From NCBI RefSeq assembly GCF_009914755.1, contig NC_060937.1: a stretch of 64,000 nt of DNA, one strand, 5' to 3'. Position numbers and translations under genes: made by a program. The notes beneath the pieces were generated by a model. That model saw only the letters and a list, made by a program, of their open reading frames with translations, did not search any database and was not told the DNA's origin. Of the stretch, positions 23,401-37,948 are shown piece by piece; within the stretch, counting starts at the first letter, position 1; each line of letters starts with the position of its first letter. Source of the stretch: the human T2T-CHM13v2.0 reference genome, Homo sapiens.

Positions 23401-25614
23401 CTTTAATGAGAATGTTTGTAGTAACTGTGTTTAGATCATTTGTACACACAGCCAATGTGTGCTTATTTGACAACACTCACTCATTGAGCTCCCCTCTTAA
23501 GATATGATCACCCTTTGTTTTGCTGTAGGAAATGTGAGTTTTTGCAAGGAGAGGTAAAGTTTAATTGTCAAACCTGGAAATAATTGAATCTATAGTCCCC
23601 CTATGATAACAAAAGGGTGATTGACTTGAGTTTTTAAAGCTTAGCATTGTTAAAGAGATTCCAACAATATCATGTTTAAAACAATGACATTAAATAGTAA
23701 TGAAACACTTTAGCCATAAAATAAAGCAGATTTTAATGCTTTATCACCTCCAATAAATTGCAGTTTTGTTCTTCTTTTGAATCTCTGTTGAGCTGACACT
23801 TCATGCAATGACATCTAGCAGTGCTCAAATGCAAGACCATGAAAAAATAAAATTTGGCCGAATGAATGCAGATTTCTAGTTTGTATTACTTTCTCTTCTC
23901 TTGTGGTATATGTTAAAGAAGAGATTTAATCAGTTTCACCAGTAAGATCATGTCACTACCGCGAAAGATTTTAATGGTCAAGAAAAGTTTAGGCCATAGT
24001 TTTCATTTGTATTAGAAGGCATATTGATTTACATTATTTTATTGTATGGAATTTAAGATGCAATCATTTGCATAAATGAGAAAAATATTTCATTTCAAAG
24101 AGTAACATTTCTAACATTTCTTTTGTTTTCTAAAAGAGTAAGAATTCAAGATGGATTATGTTACTTTTCATTTGAATAATGTCAGATATCAGGAAGAGAA
24201 ATAAATTGCCTTCGCATTTAATTGCATCACAACTGATTTTGGAATAATGAGATATTTTAGTTTTTCAAAAAATATTAGTGTGCTGCAAAATCATGTTCTT
24301 TCCATTATTTTTTCCAAGGTGAATAATCTAAATGTATTAGTTTTTATTTAGCAATTGATGAGTTAATAATATAAGGTTATTCATAGCTCGTTTAGAAAAG
24401 TCTCTGAATGTTTCATTCTCTTGGTGTTTAAAAACCCTTTCAATTATTTTTATGTTTGGGCAGAATTTGTATAAGCTGAGTGCCCTTTGCCCAAGGCATA
24501 CTTTCTCCATGTTTATTTTTCTGCCCATTGCTTCAAATGAAATGGGATGAAGTATATGCGGAGACAGTTGCTTTTTATTTTCCACATTCTCATCTTGTCC
24601 GTAGAAAAATTGAGAGTAGCCATCAGCCAAAAATATGTTGGCCTTTAGGGAAAGTCCTACGTGTGTGTAGCAGGGGTAAGAGGAGATATGCAGAGTGAGA
24701 AACTATCTTTTATCTCTGCCTTTTCACTAAATACCCTCCTCACATGGAGGGTTATATGTGAATTCTTTATCATCACTTCTGCTACAACATGGCAGGCCAA
24801 GAGGATGAGAGCAGCACAGGGAGAAGAGGGACCGAGAAAGACAGGAAAAAAATGCTTCATGCCTTGAGTTTGTTGAAGTTTTATCCTACCTAGGCCAGGT
24901 GGGAGGAGAGATGTAGTCTATGTGATTTCATCTTATATCACCTGCCAGGCACTCTAGGAGTGAACTAAACTTTCCCCACTGACAATGTGGTGGAGTGGAA
25001 GATAAAAAGACTCTCAGTTTTTTGAAGGCTGTATAACTTATCTTATTATCTTAATCTCTGCAATTTGCTCTTCATAAAATTCTAGGGTAAGCATAACCCA
25101 GACTGTTATTTGACTTTACCTGTGAGGTGACTGAACTGAGAGGATAATTAATCTAGTTTATACAGTCTGCAATGGCAGAGCCAGACTCAAACCCAGGATG
25201 CAGACTTCAATTTCTTCTGTGACTCAATAGTGCTACCCTGTCCCCACTTTTCTACCTGAAATTCACCTACGTGGGTGATTGCAGGTTTGAATTTCTGGGA
25301 GCGCTCAGTACTTGAATGTATACAAATACATCTATGTGTGTTGTTCTAATTTTTTTTTTTTTTTTTTTTACTAAATCCATTAGCAAAATTGCTTTAGGTA
25401 AAGGAGAAAAGTTGTACCAGATAGATCGAAAGAAATGCAAAAGAGAATCACAAGAAATATGAATTCTCAAGTACCCTGAATTTTCCTACTAGGACTTTGT
25501 TCTCTTTTTAGATCTCCATCCTGTTGTGCAGTTTAATAATCAATTCCTATCCTGAAGTCAAATAATGTTTAATAACTACAGGCATTTTAGTTTGTTGTTT
25601 GTCCAGTCATTTTT

Positions 25615-25893
25615 ATTTATTTATTTAGACAGGGTATCACTCTGTTACCCAGGCTGCTGCAGCCTCAGTCTCTTGGGCAAAAGCGATCCTCCTGCCTCAG
25701 CCTCCAGAGTAGCTAGGACTACAAGCATGCACCACCACACCTGACTAATGTTTTTCTTTTAATTTTTTTTTTTTTAGAAACAGTCTCACTATGTTGCCCA
25801 GGCTAGTCTTTAACACCAGATCTCAAGCAATCCTCCCACCTTGGCCTCCCAAATCCCTGCTGGGATTATAGGTGTGAGCCACTGCACCCAGCC
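25615..25893 (-). mobile_element. AluJ with an internal deletion
   Basis: Alu dimer. TSD tgtccagtcattttt / tgtctattcattttt (13/15). Confidence 0.88.
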
Positions 25894-26369
25894 TGTCTAT
25901 TCATTTTTTCAGCACTTATTGAATCCTGTCTAGATACTAATCATTGTATTTGGCCTAGGGATTAAAAAATAAAAAGCAATTCCTGTTTTCAGGGAGCATG
26001 TCACATTGTGAACAACACGGAGAATTTAGCAGAGACCATGGTCTTTCTATTGGTTAAAAGTAAAGATTATATACATTAGTTTGTCTTTCCCTGTGCCACT
26101 CTCCTTTCCTATCGCTGCATGACTCAAGAAAATGGAACTCTACTTTTCCATACGCCCACTGATTCTGAATGGCTCTGCAAAAGCCCAGGGTTCTATCTAT
26201 CTATTATGTAAACTCAGGAAGGATGTGTCTTTTCACTCACAGAGCTTCTCAAAACTGTTTCTTTTCTCTAGAAAATATTCCACATCTATCTCTGTGCAAC
26301 CATTGCCCAGTATTATTTTGTAGAAGAATACATTTTGCTATTGTGATGAGATTTCATTTTCTGTTAGAG

Positions 26370-28103
26370 TGGAGGCTCTCAAAGTGTGGTTTGTGGAAGC
26401 TTGGGGGGTACCTAGGAGTCTGTGAAGCCAAAACTATTCATAACAGTAAGAATATATTTGCCCTTTGCACTGTTTTGCCATTTGCACCCTGGTGGTGCAA
26501 AGCCATAGTGGGTTAAACTGTGGTGCCTTAGCACAGATATAGGCAGTGGGCCCAACTGTTGTCAGAAGTCATTGCGGTCTTCATCACTACAGAACAAAAA
26601 AAATGAAGCCAGTTTGCCCTGAGCATGCCCTTGAAAAGACAGTATAAATAATCACTTTTATTACATTTTGGCTTCAAGTATACATGTTTTCAAATATATT
26701 CTGCATAAACCACTCTACTACACAATGCAGTATGAGAGTTGCCTCAAAGAAAGCACTTGCGCAATTGTTTGGGTTGTGAGCTGAACTACCTGGGGTTTAC
26801 ACAGAACACTATTTTTACTTGAAAGAATAACTGACTATCTATGGTTTTTCAGTCTTGTTATTTGGTAGGCATTTCCTCAAAAATGAACGAAGTGAGCTTG
26901 TTGGGAAGACACTGACAGTGTATGTTGTCCATAATGAAACCCAACCGCACAAGTGAAAAATTAGAATTTTGTAAGACTTGTATTTGCTACCATAAACTTG
27001 AAAGATTATCAACACTTAAAGATGGTTCTGATGAGATTAGTAATGATATTAAGAATTGTGGGCTTTTATCTATATCTTATAATTAGACATTTAACATTTA
27101 GAAACTCTGCATAAGAAATATTTTTCAAATGACTGATTCGTGATAGTACAAAATCACATGTGGGTAAAAGCTTAAAGTGCAAAATAGTCCAATAGATTTT
27201 AATGTAACAGAGTGAAAAATAAGTTTTATTATGGTTTCAGATTCCATGTTGCAGCTAACCTTAAAGAAATCATCACTTGGTGAGTTTTGGTTTAGTATCA
27301 AAGGAGAATATCCACAGTTATCAGAAAAATTCTAAAAGATATCCTTCTTCCCTTTTCAACTATATACCTCTGTGAGGTTATTTTATTTTTTATTTACTTC
27401 AATCAAAAAACCCCAACACCACTCTATATTGTATATTAGAATAAACTGAATGTTGAAACAGATACAAGAGACCAAGTGTTTTCTTTTAAGCCAGACATTA
27501 AAGAGATTTGCAAAAATGTAAAATAATGCTACTCTTCTAATTAAATATTTTATTTTAAAATATATAATTATTTTTCATAAAATTGCTATTTATGTTAACA
27601 TCTAACTGGATAGTTATTACATTAAAAATGACTTAATAAGTATATACCTTAACATTTCTCAGTTTAAAATTTTGAATATTGATATTGTTGATATTGATAC
27701 CTCTATAAACAAAAGCTTTTTGCTGTTCTTAATAATTTATAAAATCTTTTTATTATGAGTTTCTTTAGATGTGCAAAAAAGTTGTAAAAATAGTACAGAG
27801 AGTTTTCAAAAATCCTTCTTGCAGCCTCTCACAATGAGAACGTCTTACATAACCATGATATACTTATCCGATCAGTAAATTAACATTACTACAATGCCAT
27901 TAACAAATAAAAACCCCATTTAAGCTTTACTAGCTTTTCCATTAATGTCTTTTTTTTTTTGGCTCCAGGAACTGATTCAGAATCCCATATCACATTTTGT
28001 TATTACTTTTGCCTGGTCTCCTGCTGTCTGGAACAGTTTTTCAGTCTTCCTTCATTTTCAAGAGTGTGAAAGGATCCCAAGACCAAAAGTCTGGGAACTG
28101 CTG
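26370..28103. mobile_element. Charlie1a-like hAT transposon, with an L1M 3' fragment inserted at ~27745-28055
   Basis: Termini ...ctctcaaagtgtggt and gaccaaaagtctgggaactgctg. Internal gattccatgttgcagctaacctt and agtatcaaaggagaatatccaca. Flanks tgttagag / gtttagag. Confidence 0.8.
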
Positions 28104-29462
28104 GTTTAGAGTCACAATACTGACTGCTCAAAATGACTTTTGTAAGTAAAAGCACTTTTAGTCTGTAGATATACATGAAATTGTACACATCATTTAAAGT
28201 ATTTTTATTTAAGCAAATTTAAAAATTCTTCCTGTGCTGATACCTTGGCTAATTAATATTAGATGTAGTTCAAAACAAGCTAACGGTTAACCCGGGTAAT
28301 TCTTGTCTATTTTAAGAATAGACATGTCTAACAATTGTATTTAAAATAATTCCCACCAAAAGACTCATAGCAACTTGGTGATCTAAAGTATGATCTAGCC
28401 AGCTGTAAAAATATTACTGACATATCTCTACATGGAATTAACTTACCAGTGAGATTATCATATTTGTGCTTGATCTATTAAGACTGAAGTTTGGCTTTGT
28501 CTAAATAAATCTTATTTTAATAAAAGATAAAAAATAAAAAATAAATTAATAAAAGATTTAATTAATACATCTTATTATTTTTTATGCTTCAAAATATACT
28601 GAATCAACAAGTCAGAAAAAAACTGAACATTGACTGGAAACAATTACACATTCGTTTTCCTGGAGACTCTCTCAATGGCTTACACAGGAGTGCATTCTAT
28701 TTCCAGGTCTGTTTGACACAGCAGCAGAGATGACCTTAGTTTGTACAAACTCATTCCTTATGAAAATATGACAGCTCAGAATTAAGAGAAGGCATATTAT
28801 ATTTTTAAAATTATTCAATAAATTACTTACTTTCAATTATAATGGAACTTTGGTAATGCTAACATTTGACAACTGGCCTAAGAAACTGCCAGATTTTCTA
28901 TATAAGTTCTTCTTACCTTCAATTCTATAAAACACTATGTCAGCCCAGGGAACTGGACTTTGGTGACACATCTAAATCCTTATAATGACAAGCCTTTAGT
29001 ATATTATTCCTTTCTTATCGATGCACATACTTTGCTTGTCTTAATGGGTTTCAGCAATAGTTTATTTAATCATTAGAGAAACACAAGTAGAAATTAATAT
29101 ATTTAGTAAAGAAAATATTCTTTTGTAATTATTTTATTGAAGGTTTGATAGTTGGTGTCTAGTATTGTAAAGTTTTGTCTCAGAAAAGGTTTATGGTCTT
29201 TTCTCAAAATTTATGAGAGATTTAAGTTAAATAAGTACTATATTGAATATTCTACAACTTCAAAAAATTATTTATGTAAAAACGAATTTGGGATTGTAAT
29301 GAGGACAGAAGAAGAAAGCTACTTCAGAGTTAATATTACCTTGACAGCAGCTGAATTCCTTAGCAAAAACCTGCAATCAGCAAAGGGTACCAATCACATA
29401 TACCTAAACTGGGTAGAAGAAATTCAACTTCTGAGATTTTCCTTTTTCTTTTGTTTGCCTGA

Positions 29463-31740
29463 TGTATCAGTCCATTTTTATGCTGCTGATAAAGACATAC
29501 TCGAGATTGGGAAGAAAAAGAGGTTTAATTGGTCTTACAGTTCCACATGGCTGGGGAGGCCTCAGAATCATGGTGGGAGACTAAAGGCACTTCTTACATA
29601 ACAGTGGCAAGAGAAAATAAGAAGGATGCAAAAGTGGAAACCCCTGATAAACCCATCAGATCTCGTGAGACTTATTCACTACCACAAGAACAGTATGGGG
29701 GAAAGTGCCCCCATGATTCCAATTAACTCCCACTAGGTCCCTCCCACAATACATGGGAATTATGGGAGTACAATTCAAGATGAGATTTGGGTAGGGGCAC
29801 AGAGCCAAACCACATTGTTCTGCCCCTGGCCCCTCCAAATCTCATGTCCTCACATTTCAAAACCAATCGTGCCTTCCCAACAGTCCCCTAAAGTCTTAAC
29901 TCATTTCAGCATTAACCCAAAAGTCCACAGTCCAAAGTCTCATCTGAGACAAGGCAAGTCCCTTCAACATATGAGCCTGAAAAATCAAAAGCAAGCTTGT
30001 TACTTCCTAGATACAACAGGGGTACAGGTATTGGGTAAACACAGCCATTCCAAAGGGGAGAAACTGGCTAAAACAAAAGGGTTACAGGTACCATGCAAGT
30101 CCAAAATCCAGCAGGACAGTCAAATTTTAAAGCTCCAAAATGATCTCCTTTGACTCCGGGTCTCACATTCTGGTCATGCTGATGCAAGAGGTGGGTTCCC
30201 ATAGTCTTGGGCAGCTCTACCCCTGTGGCTCTGCAGGGTATAGCCCCCTCCCAGCTGCTTTCATGGGCTGGCATTGAGTGTCTGTGGCTTTTCCAGGCAC
30301 ATGGTGCAAGCTGTTGGTGGATCTACCATTCTGGGGTCTGGAGGATGGTGGCCCTCTTCTCACAACTAGGCAGTGCCCCAGTAGGAACTATGCGTGGGGG
30401 CTCTGACCCCACATTTCCCTTCTGCTCTTCCCTAGCAGATGTTCTCCATGAGTGCCCCACCCCTGAAACAAACTTTTGCCTGGGCATCCATGCGTTTCCA
30501 TACATCCTCTGAAATCTAGGCGGAGGTTCCCAAACCCGAATTCTTAACTTCTGTGCACCTACAGGCTCAAGACCACATGGAAGCTGCCAAGGCTTGACGC
30601 TTTCACCCTTTGAAGCAACAGCCTGAGCTGTACCTTGGCCCCTTTTAGTCATGGCTGGAGTGGGTGGGACACAGGGCACCAAGTCCCTAGACTTCACACA
30701 GCAAGGGGACCCCAGGCCCAGCCCACGAAACCAGAAACCATTTTCTCCTAGGCCTCCAGGCCTGTGAAGGCTGCAGTGAAGACCTCCGACATGCCCTGGA
30801 GACATTTTCCCCATTGTCTTGGGGATTAACATTTGGCTCCTCGTTACTTATGCAAATTTCTATATAGGCGGCTGGAATTTCTCCTCAGAAAATGGGATCT
30901 TCCTTTCTATCACCTTGTCAGGCTGCAAATTTTCCAAACTTTTACGCTCTGCTTCTCTTATAAAACTGAATGCCCTTAACAACACCCAGGTCACCTCTTG
31001 AATGCTTTGGGGCTTAGAAATTTCTTCCACCAGGTACCCATCTTTCTCAAGTTCAAGATTCCACAAATCTCTAGAGCAGGGGCAAAAGGCTGCCAGTTTC
31101 TTTGCTAAAACACAACAAGAGTCACCCTTGCTCCAGTTCCCAACAAGTTCTTCATCTCTGTGTGATAACACCTCAGCCTGGACCTTATTGTCCATATCGC
31201 TATCAGCATTTTTGTCAAAGCTTTTCAACAAGTCTCTAGGAAGTTCCAAAGATTCCCACATTTTCCTGTCTTCTTCTGAGCCCTCCAAACTGTTCCAACC
31301 TCCACCTGTTACCCAGTTCCAAAGGCACTTCCACATTTTCAGGTAACTTTTCTGCAGCGCCCCACTCTGCTGGTACCAGTTTACTGTATTAGTCTGTTTT
31401 CACGCTGCTGATAAAGACATACCCGAGACTGGGAAGAAAAAGAGGTTTAATTGGACTTAACAGTTCCACATGGCTGGGGAAGCCTCAGAATCATAGTGGG
31501 AGGCTAAAGGCACTTCTTACATGACAGCGGCAGAGAAAATGAGAAAAATGCAAAAGCAGAAACCCCTGATAAACCCGTCAGATCTCGAGAGACTTATTCA
31601 CTCCCACGAGAACAGTATGGGGGAAAACTGTCCCCATGATTCAAATTATCTCCCATTGGGTTCCTCCCACAACACATGAGAATTATGGGAATACAATTCA
31701 AGATGAGAACTGGGTGGGGACACAGAGCCAAACCATGTCA
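29463..31740 (-). mobile_element. THE1A-like MaLR provirus (LTRs 29463-29817 and 31385-31740)
   Basis: Both LTRs carry gggaagaaaaagaggtttaattgg and aaaggcacttcttacat...aaacccctgataaa. Perfect TSD cctga (29458-29462 / 31741-31745). Confidence 0.94.
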
Positions 31741-31949
31741 CCTGATGATTGATAAAGAAGGAAAATAGGAAAGTTGAGAGAGAATTATTCTTAATATTTA
31801 TGTATACAAACTTCAGGAAAACCTTTACTAAACTCACATCCAGCTGGTTTGAAACAAAAAAGAATGTGCCTCAGGTGACATCAACTGATCACCTATTCCT
31901 TTGACCTAATAGTGCCAAGCACTCTTCTAGTTTCTGAATGATATATATT

Positions 31950-32300
31950 CTGTCCATTCATACTAGAAAACATTTCTTCAGTGACTGTTACGTGTTAGAC
32001 AACATACCGGGCAATATGGTTACAAAGATGAAAGAAACTCAGCCTCTGCCCACAAGGAGCTCACAGGTTAATTACAGACACAATCGTACAAACATAACAT
32101 GGAACTAGCAGTAAAAGACTGAGTTTATACTTAAAGAACTAAGTGCTACAGTCCATTGTAAACTGAGTGATCATGGAAGTCACCAAGGAAGTGCAGCTTC
32201 ATTTGGACTTTGCAGCAAGGGGTGGTTTTGCATAGTTGGAGGTGGGAAGGCAGAGGTCATTCTAGGTGGGAAGATTAAAGACATGGAAGAAAATATACAA
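31950..32300 (-). mobile_element. L2 3' fragment
   Basis: cattcat...aaacattt...gcctctgcccacaaggagctcacag. Confidence 0.55.
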
Positions 32301-33636
32301 GAAGTGACACAAAGCTAGCTTAGCGAGGGGAGGGTGCTGTACTATATTTTCTCTTCACTGGCTTCCAATTCAAAGACAGTAGTCTTGGTATTGCTAAGAT
32401 AATTTTGATGGCACTCTACAAAATTAATGTTTCATGCAACTTACAACTCTTACGTATTTCTCCCTGTTATTTCCCTTCTCTTTGAATCTCACTTTCATCT
32501 TTTTTTTTTCTCTTGAACTTTTTAGCTTCCATCTATAGTTCCAATAGACATTGTTCAGGTGTATTAATGGCTTTGCTTTTGTAGAAGTTCTTAAGCTCGT
32601 TATATCTTCAGGACAGGTGAGAATTGGGAGGGAGGGTGCTGGTAGGTGACTGTGATTAAAAAGTTTCTTCCAAATAAAATTCTTAACCTTTAGCACCTGA
32701 TATATTCCTCAAAAGAAAAATTTAATCTTTTCTTAAGGCTTATATTGTAAAAAATATGGTCTTTGTAGTATACGAAAAAATTGATATCTCTTTTTAAGAG
32801 ACCACTTAACCAAGCCAAATATCATGGTGAATAGTCAAAGAAAAACAAGATTTGATTGTGATGTCAATTTTAGAAAATGAAACTGTATATTATGCAATGT
32901 ATTATAATTCCATCTATATGTTAACTCTTAACATGACTCAGAATGAATCAAAGATTAATTTTGATTGGTGTAAATTTTCAGAAAAATTAATATGTTAAGA
33001 TATTATCATTTTCATTTCATCTTTGACTGTGTAGTGTAATTAAAAAGTCATTTGTCCTGAACATCAATCTCTAATCCCTTGTTAGTCATCATTCTTGTTT
33101 CTTTATCACTCTGTCCATTTTCTCTAGACTGTTCACTAGTCTAACTTTCCTAAGCATTGATTTGTGAAAGTTTCTGTGTATGTTTCATGCAATCTTCCAA
33201 TTTTAATTTCTCTATGCAAGTGATTTGCATGGCATTATCAGATGTCCCAAATCAATAAGAGACAGATGCCCAAAGGTATCACTAAACACTAGAGTCATCT
33301 AGGAAGTAGTGTGAATTTATTAGTGAATGTTTTCAGATTAGGATTTCTTTTGCTTATGTGTGCAACACCAGACTAGAAGGCACACACAGAATGAATAGTT
33401 GGATAACAAGGTGACCTTTCTGCCTATGTATGGAAGCTCCCAAGTAAGCGTACTTAGTTCCATTTTGGGGATTCATTTTAGGCATCTTCAGAGCTCTGTT
33501 TGCTTGGGCAGATAGACACACCATTGATGCAGGGAGAGATTTGAACTGATGGATCCTCTCCTAACCTGTCAGAACACCATGCTTCTCTGCTTAGTTGTGG
33601 CTGAGGGATGATACTTAAAAAAAAACAACATGCATC

Positions 33637-33780
33637 TTTTTATTTATTTATTTGACAAATAAAAATTGTGCATGTTTATTGTGTACAACATGATGTTTTG
33701 AAATATGCATACGTTTAGGAATGACTAAATCAAGTTAATAACATATGTTTACATATGCATTACAAGATATCATTGCATTA
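33637..33780 (-). mobile_element. L1MA (MA8/9-like) extreme 3' end
   Basis: ttgacaaataaaaattgt...gtgtacaacatgatgttttgaaatatg...ctaaatcaag.taat.aacatatg. Confidence 0.7.
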
Positions 33781-35929
33781 CAATATGCAATTTGTACATA
33801 CCCAAAATTGTATATCTATGTTTTTTAAAATCAGAAACTTTTTCATGAAAAGTGAACTGATTTTATGATATTGTTTTAGATTAAGATTTTTTAAAAAGTA
33901 TTCTTCGTCTTTTTTGTTGTTGTTTGTGTAAGTTCCAATTTGTATTTTAATGGAAATACTGACAAAAGCTGTTTTTCATATAATACAGTCATATTTTGTA
34001 GTCATCTGTTTGGTTTTACTATTTAAAAGCATCACTTGTATCAACTTCCCCCAAATATATAATTTTAAAAAACATCTTTTATTTTAAGATAACGATACTA
34101 TTTTGTTATGAAAATAGGACAGATTCATTAATAGAAAATGTAAAAAATACAGGAAAGTGGGGGAAACATCACCAGAACAACTACTGACATTTCTAATATT
34201 TTCTTTCAGTTTCTCCCTATGCTAAATAGATTTTATATATTTCAAATCAAACTGCAGATGATATTATACTTTCCTTTTTTCTCCTTATAGTAAAGAAGAA
34301 AGCCTTAAAAACCCTTGAGTGAATGGTTGGTATTTACAGACAAGCAAATGTATGGAAGAGAAACGAGAGACCCAGCCTGAATCTGTTGAATGAACGAAAG
34401 GGGAAATGCCCTAAGGAGTCAGATGGAAGAAGTTTTTCTGGGAAGAGCAGAACACAGGAGTTGGGGTGCAGACCTCCTGGATCACCAGCAGAAGGAAAAG
34501 AGCAGTGAGACGTTAAAGTGATTGAGACAAAAATGGAAGTAAAACAGCTTAAGGCTTTCTGAGATCGAGTTCCTGGCAGTGTCATCAGCAGATGGTTTCT
34601 TCTGAAGTTCAGGGGAAGAGAAGATGCTCGAAGAACTCTCCAGGGACTGAGTGGGTGGTACAGAGCTAGTGCTGTAGATGCCATGTATACAGGCAAATTC
34701 CCCAATGAGTGTTTTCCAATATCAAGTTTAACTGGCATTTAAGATATATGCCAAAGGTAGGTAAATTATTTTGGCCTGTGCTTATAGGTTTATTTCCCTG
34801 GATGAAGCTTTCTGTCTCTGTCCTAGTGCACTGTAGCAGATGCAGGGTCTTTCCATACAATACATTAAAAGCTGCATCTCATTTTAAATATATTATAGAA
34901 ACCCTGATCATACAATACATACAAGATTTTTAAGATCAGCCTTCAGTCGATTTTTTTGCTTTATTTTTGTTCTGGAGGTCAAAATGAGTGGTTAACTGTC
35001 TAAGTTGATTGCAGAGAAAGTTACTACTCATTCTAAACGTAGGTTTTTAGAAAAGTGTTCTTGGCAGTTGCTACCATTGGCTTTTTCCAACTTACATGGG
35101 AATCAAGATTCAGAACTGGTACACCAATGGGAAGAGCCTGGAAAATAGACTATTGATCAAGATGAATCTGGTCCAGATACTTTAAGACCTTTTCAGTGTG
35201 TTTTTAAGATTATAAGTTTGAACTAACAGAAACTTCAATGCTGTTTTTTCACAAGTCAATGTGTAGTGTACTGTTATTCTTTTTTTTCCTGTAATATCTT
35301 AATAATATTCCTGGCTGTAAGAAAAAGTTAACACTATACCTATGTTTTGACTTACTTTATAGAAGACCCAAACAATATTTAACAAAAGGATTTTTCTCAA
35401 ATACTATTTTGAAATCACTATATTAGACACTATCTTAAATTTATTTCTCAATTTGCTTCTTTTTGAAACTTCCACATTTTGGTGTTCTTTTCAGCATCAC
35501 TCATTTTCTTTCATAATAAAGATACCCAATAACAATATCATAATAAAGATTTGATAACAAATCTCCAGTTTTGGAGTGTTACATTTCATATCTACATGCT
35601 TACAGAGAATTTAGTATGAATATTCCCTGGCCTTAGTTCCTCTAAGCCTAGGATACTTGTAGTCATTTGGCAAATAATTTAATCCATGGCAAACATGAGT
35701 CTTAATACAAAAATTATTGAGTAGGCAAAAAATAATTGAACATATTTTGGACTGATTACCAGTGCATTAAAAAAGTAGAGGTTTAAGGATGAGAATAATA
35801 AGTTTTTTTGTTTTTACTTAAATTTATATAAAAGGAGTGAAAATACAGTAGCCTATAGTACTTAAGAGTGTGGGTATATTTTCAGCACTTAATAATTACT
35901 AGTTGAATTGCATAATATGGGACTATAAC

Positions 35930-36307
35930 TGATATGGTTTGGCTCTGTGTCCCCGCCCAAATCTCATGTTGAATTATAATTTCCAATATTGGAGGAGGTA
36001 CCTAGTTGGAGGTGACTGGATCATTGGGGGAAATTTCCCCCTTGCTGTCCTCATGATAGTGAGTGAGTTCTCACAAGATCTGATGGTTTAAAAGTGTGTG
36101 GCATTTCCCCCTTTACTCTTTCTCTCTCCTGCTGGCCATGAGAATAAGTGCTTGCTTCCCGTTCACCTTCTGCCATGCTTGTGTTTCCTGAGGCTTCCCA
36201 GCCATGCTTCTTGTTCAAGCTGCAGAACTGTGAGTCAATTAAACCTCATTTCTTCATAAATTACCCAGTCTCAGCTCTTTATGGGAGTGTGAGAATGGAC
36301 TAATAAA
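35930..36307 (+). mobile_element. MSTA/MSTB-like solo LTR
   Basis: tgatatggtttggctctgtgtcccc...aattaaacctc...gagaatggactaata. Confidence 0.87.
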
Positions 36308-37348
36308 ATATCTATAGAATTATGTTTTTGGAGATAATTTAAAGATAAACAAATATTGGAAACCTCATTTGATCACACAGAGAACAGTAAATGGAAGTTC
36401 TACTTTTTCTCCAGGGCCTTTCTCATGCTTATGCAGGGATTATTCACCCAGATATCCTGAAATAAGACATCCAATTAAGGTACCTGCTATCTCATGTAAC
36501 ACAGAAGAAAGTTGAGCATAGAGGTTAAACATTACCTAATATTGTTGGAAAAGCTTCGAAGCGTTCATTTTCAAAGCAGCTAATGTAAACCATGATAATC
36601 ACTAGTAGCACTATGCCATTTTAAATACTTCAATATTTTGTAGTTATTAGATTCTAAGTAAGTATAAAATGTAGTGAATACAAATTTTATTTGCCTAAAC
36701 AGTGTTAGACAATATAAATTAATGAGTTATTTTTTATTCTGTTTAATATTTTCAAGCCAATAAACACTTTACTAAAGTATAAAGTAGCTATTCATTATTA
36801 CTCTGTGTCTTATGTTTATGATGTTAGAAATGAGTAGAGATGGTTAGCTGCCTGGGTATCTGTTGAAAATTCTGCTTAAACTATGTATTATAAAGTTCTG
36901 TACATTTCAATGATTTCTTGGAGATTCACTGTCTAGTTCAGTTATAAGTAATTTATAATTCTAACATTAGTCAAAACATTTGTGGGAAATGCTCCTTGAC
37001 AGTTATAACTTGACCATGAAAACTGCTTTTTAAGGCCTTAATTAGAAAGGTCAGCCTGCATTATTTAAACCCTTCTTATGTATTCTTTGTATGCAATTCT
37101 ATTTTCCAGTGACTGCAGGGGATTAAAAGAAAATTCTCACAAAAGCAAACAATAATTTTGGAAAATATTTATAACTGGACACAATCTGTAGAACTCTCCT
37201 TGCTTTGTCTCATTTGTAATAAGTTTCTAGCTCAGCATTTGATGGCTAATTCAGGAGTTGTTGGTGTTGGGCAGGGTGACCTGTTGAGTCTGATGGTTGT
37301 GATTTCTATTGTTATGGTTTCCTTTTAATTTAATTTGGTCTTGAAGTC

Positions 37349-37948
37349 TGTCATGAGACTGGCCATAAGCCAGGATAGCCACTCTCCAGGAGAGCCCTGA
37401 CCAGTGGAAAGTTAAATTTGGGTGTGTGTGTCAGGTGAGACACAATGAGGAAGTAAAACCAAAATGTATGAAACAGAAGAAATTTATTACTAATAGGACC
37501 AGAGAGGCAAGGGATGCTGATGGGAGGACTGCAAGAAGCCCAGAGGCAACAGGGAGCTCAACACGTGGATGCTGGGGAAGAGAGAGAGAGAAAGAGAAAG
37601 AGAGGAACCGGTGGGACTATGCGGTTCTTAAGGTCCACGGGCATTATTCCTTAGGCTTTTGCGTGGCGGTTGTGGATTGGCTAGTTTAAAGAAAACACAG
37701 CAAAGGGAGAACTTATTTACATAACTCTGGTGTTAATCATGTGTTTTATTGTAGTTAGCAGATGTGGTGTGTGTTGGATTTTGGGCCAATAAGAGGAGGA
37801 ACAAGCAGGCTATGTTGTAAACAACCACTATGGGGAGGGGAAGTTTTAATTTAACCAAAGTGATGGGGTTGGACTAGGTTTCAAACAACTTATGTCAGGT
37901 CTAAAACTGAATGCTGAGGCAGCAACTATATTAAACAAATTTATGACA
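37349..37948. mobile_element. Old LTR (MER76-like)
   Basis: 600 bp bounded by inverted tgtcat...atgaca, with a GC shift; family assignment from memory only. Confidence 0.5.

Noticed and set aside
29152-29601. 149-aa ORF
   Set aside because: Non-ATG start in AT-rich DNA, running into a THE1 LTR; no known motif.
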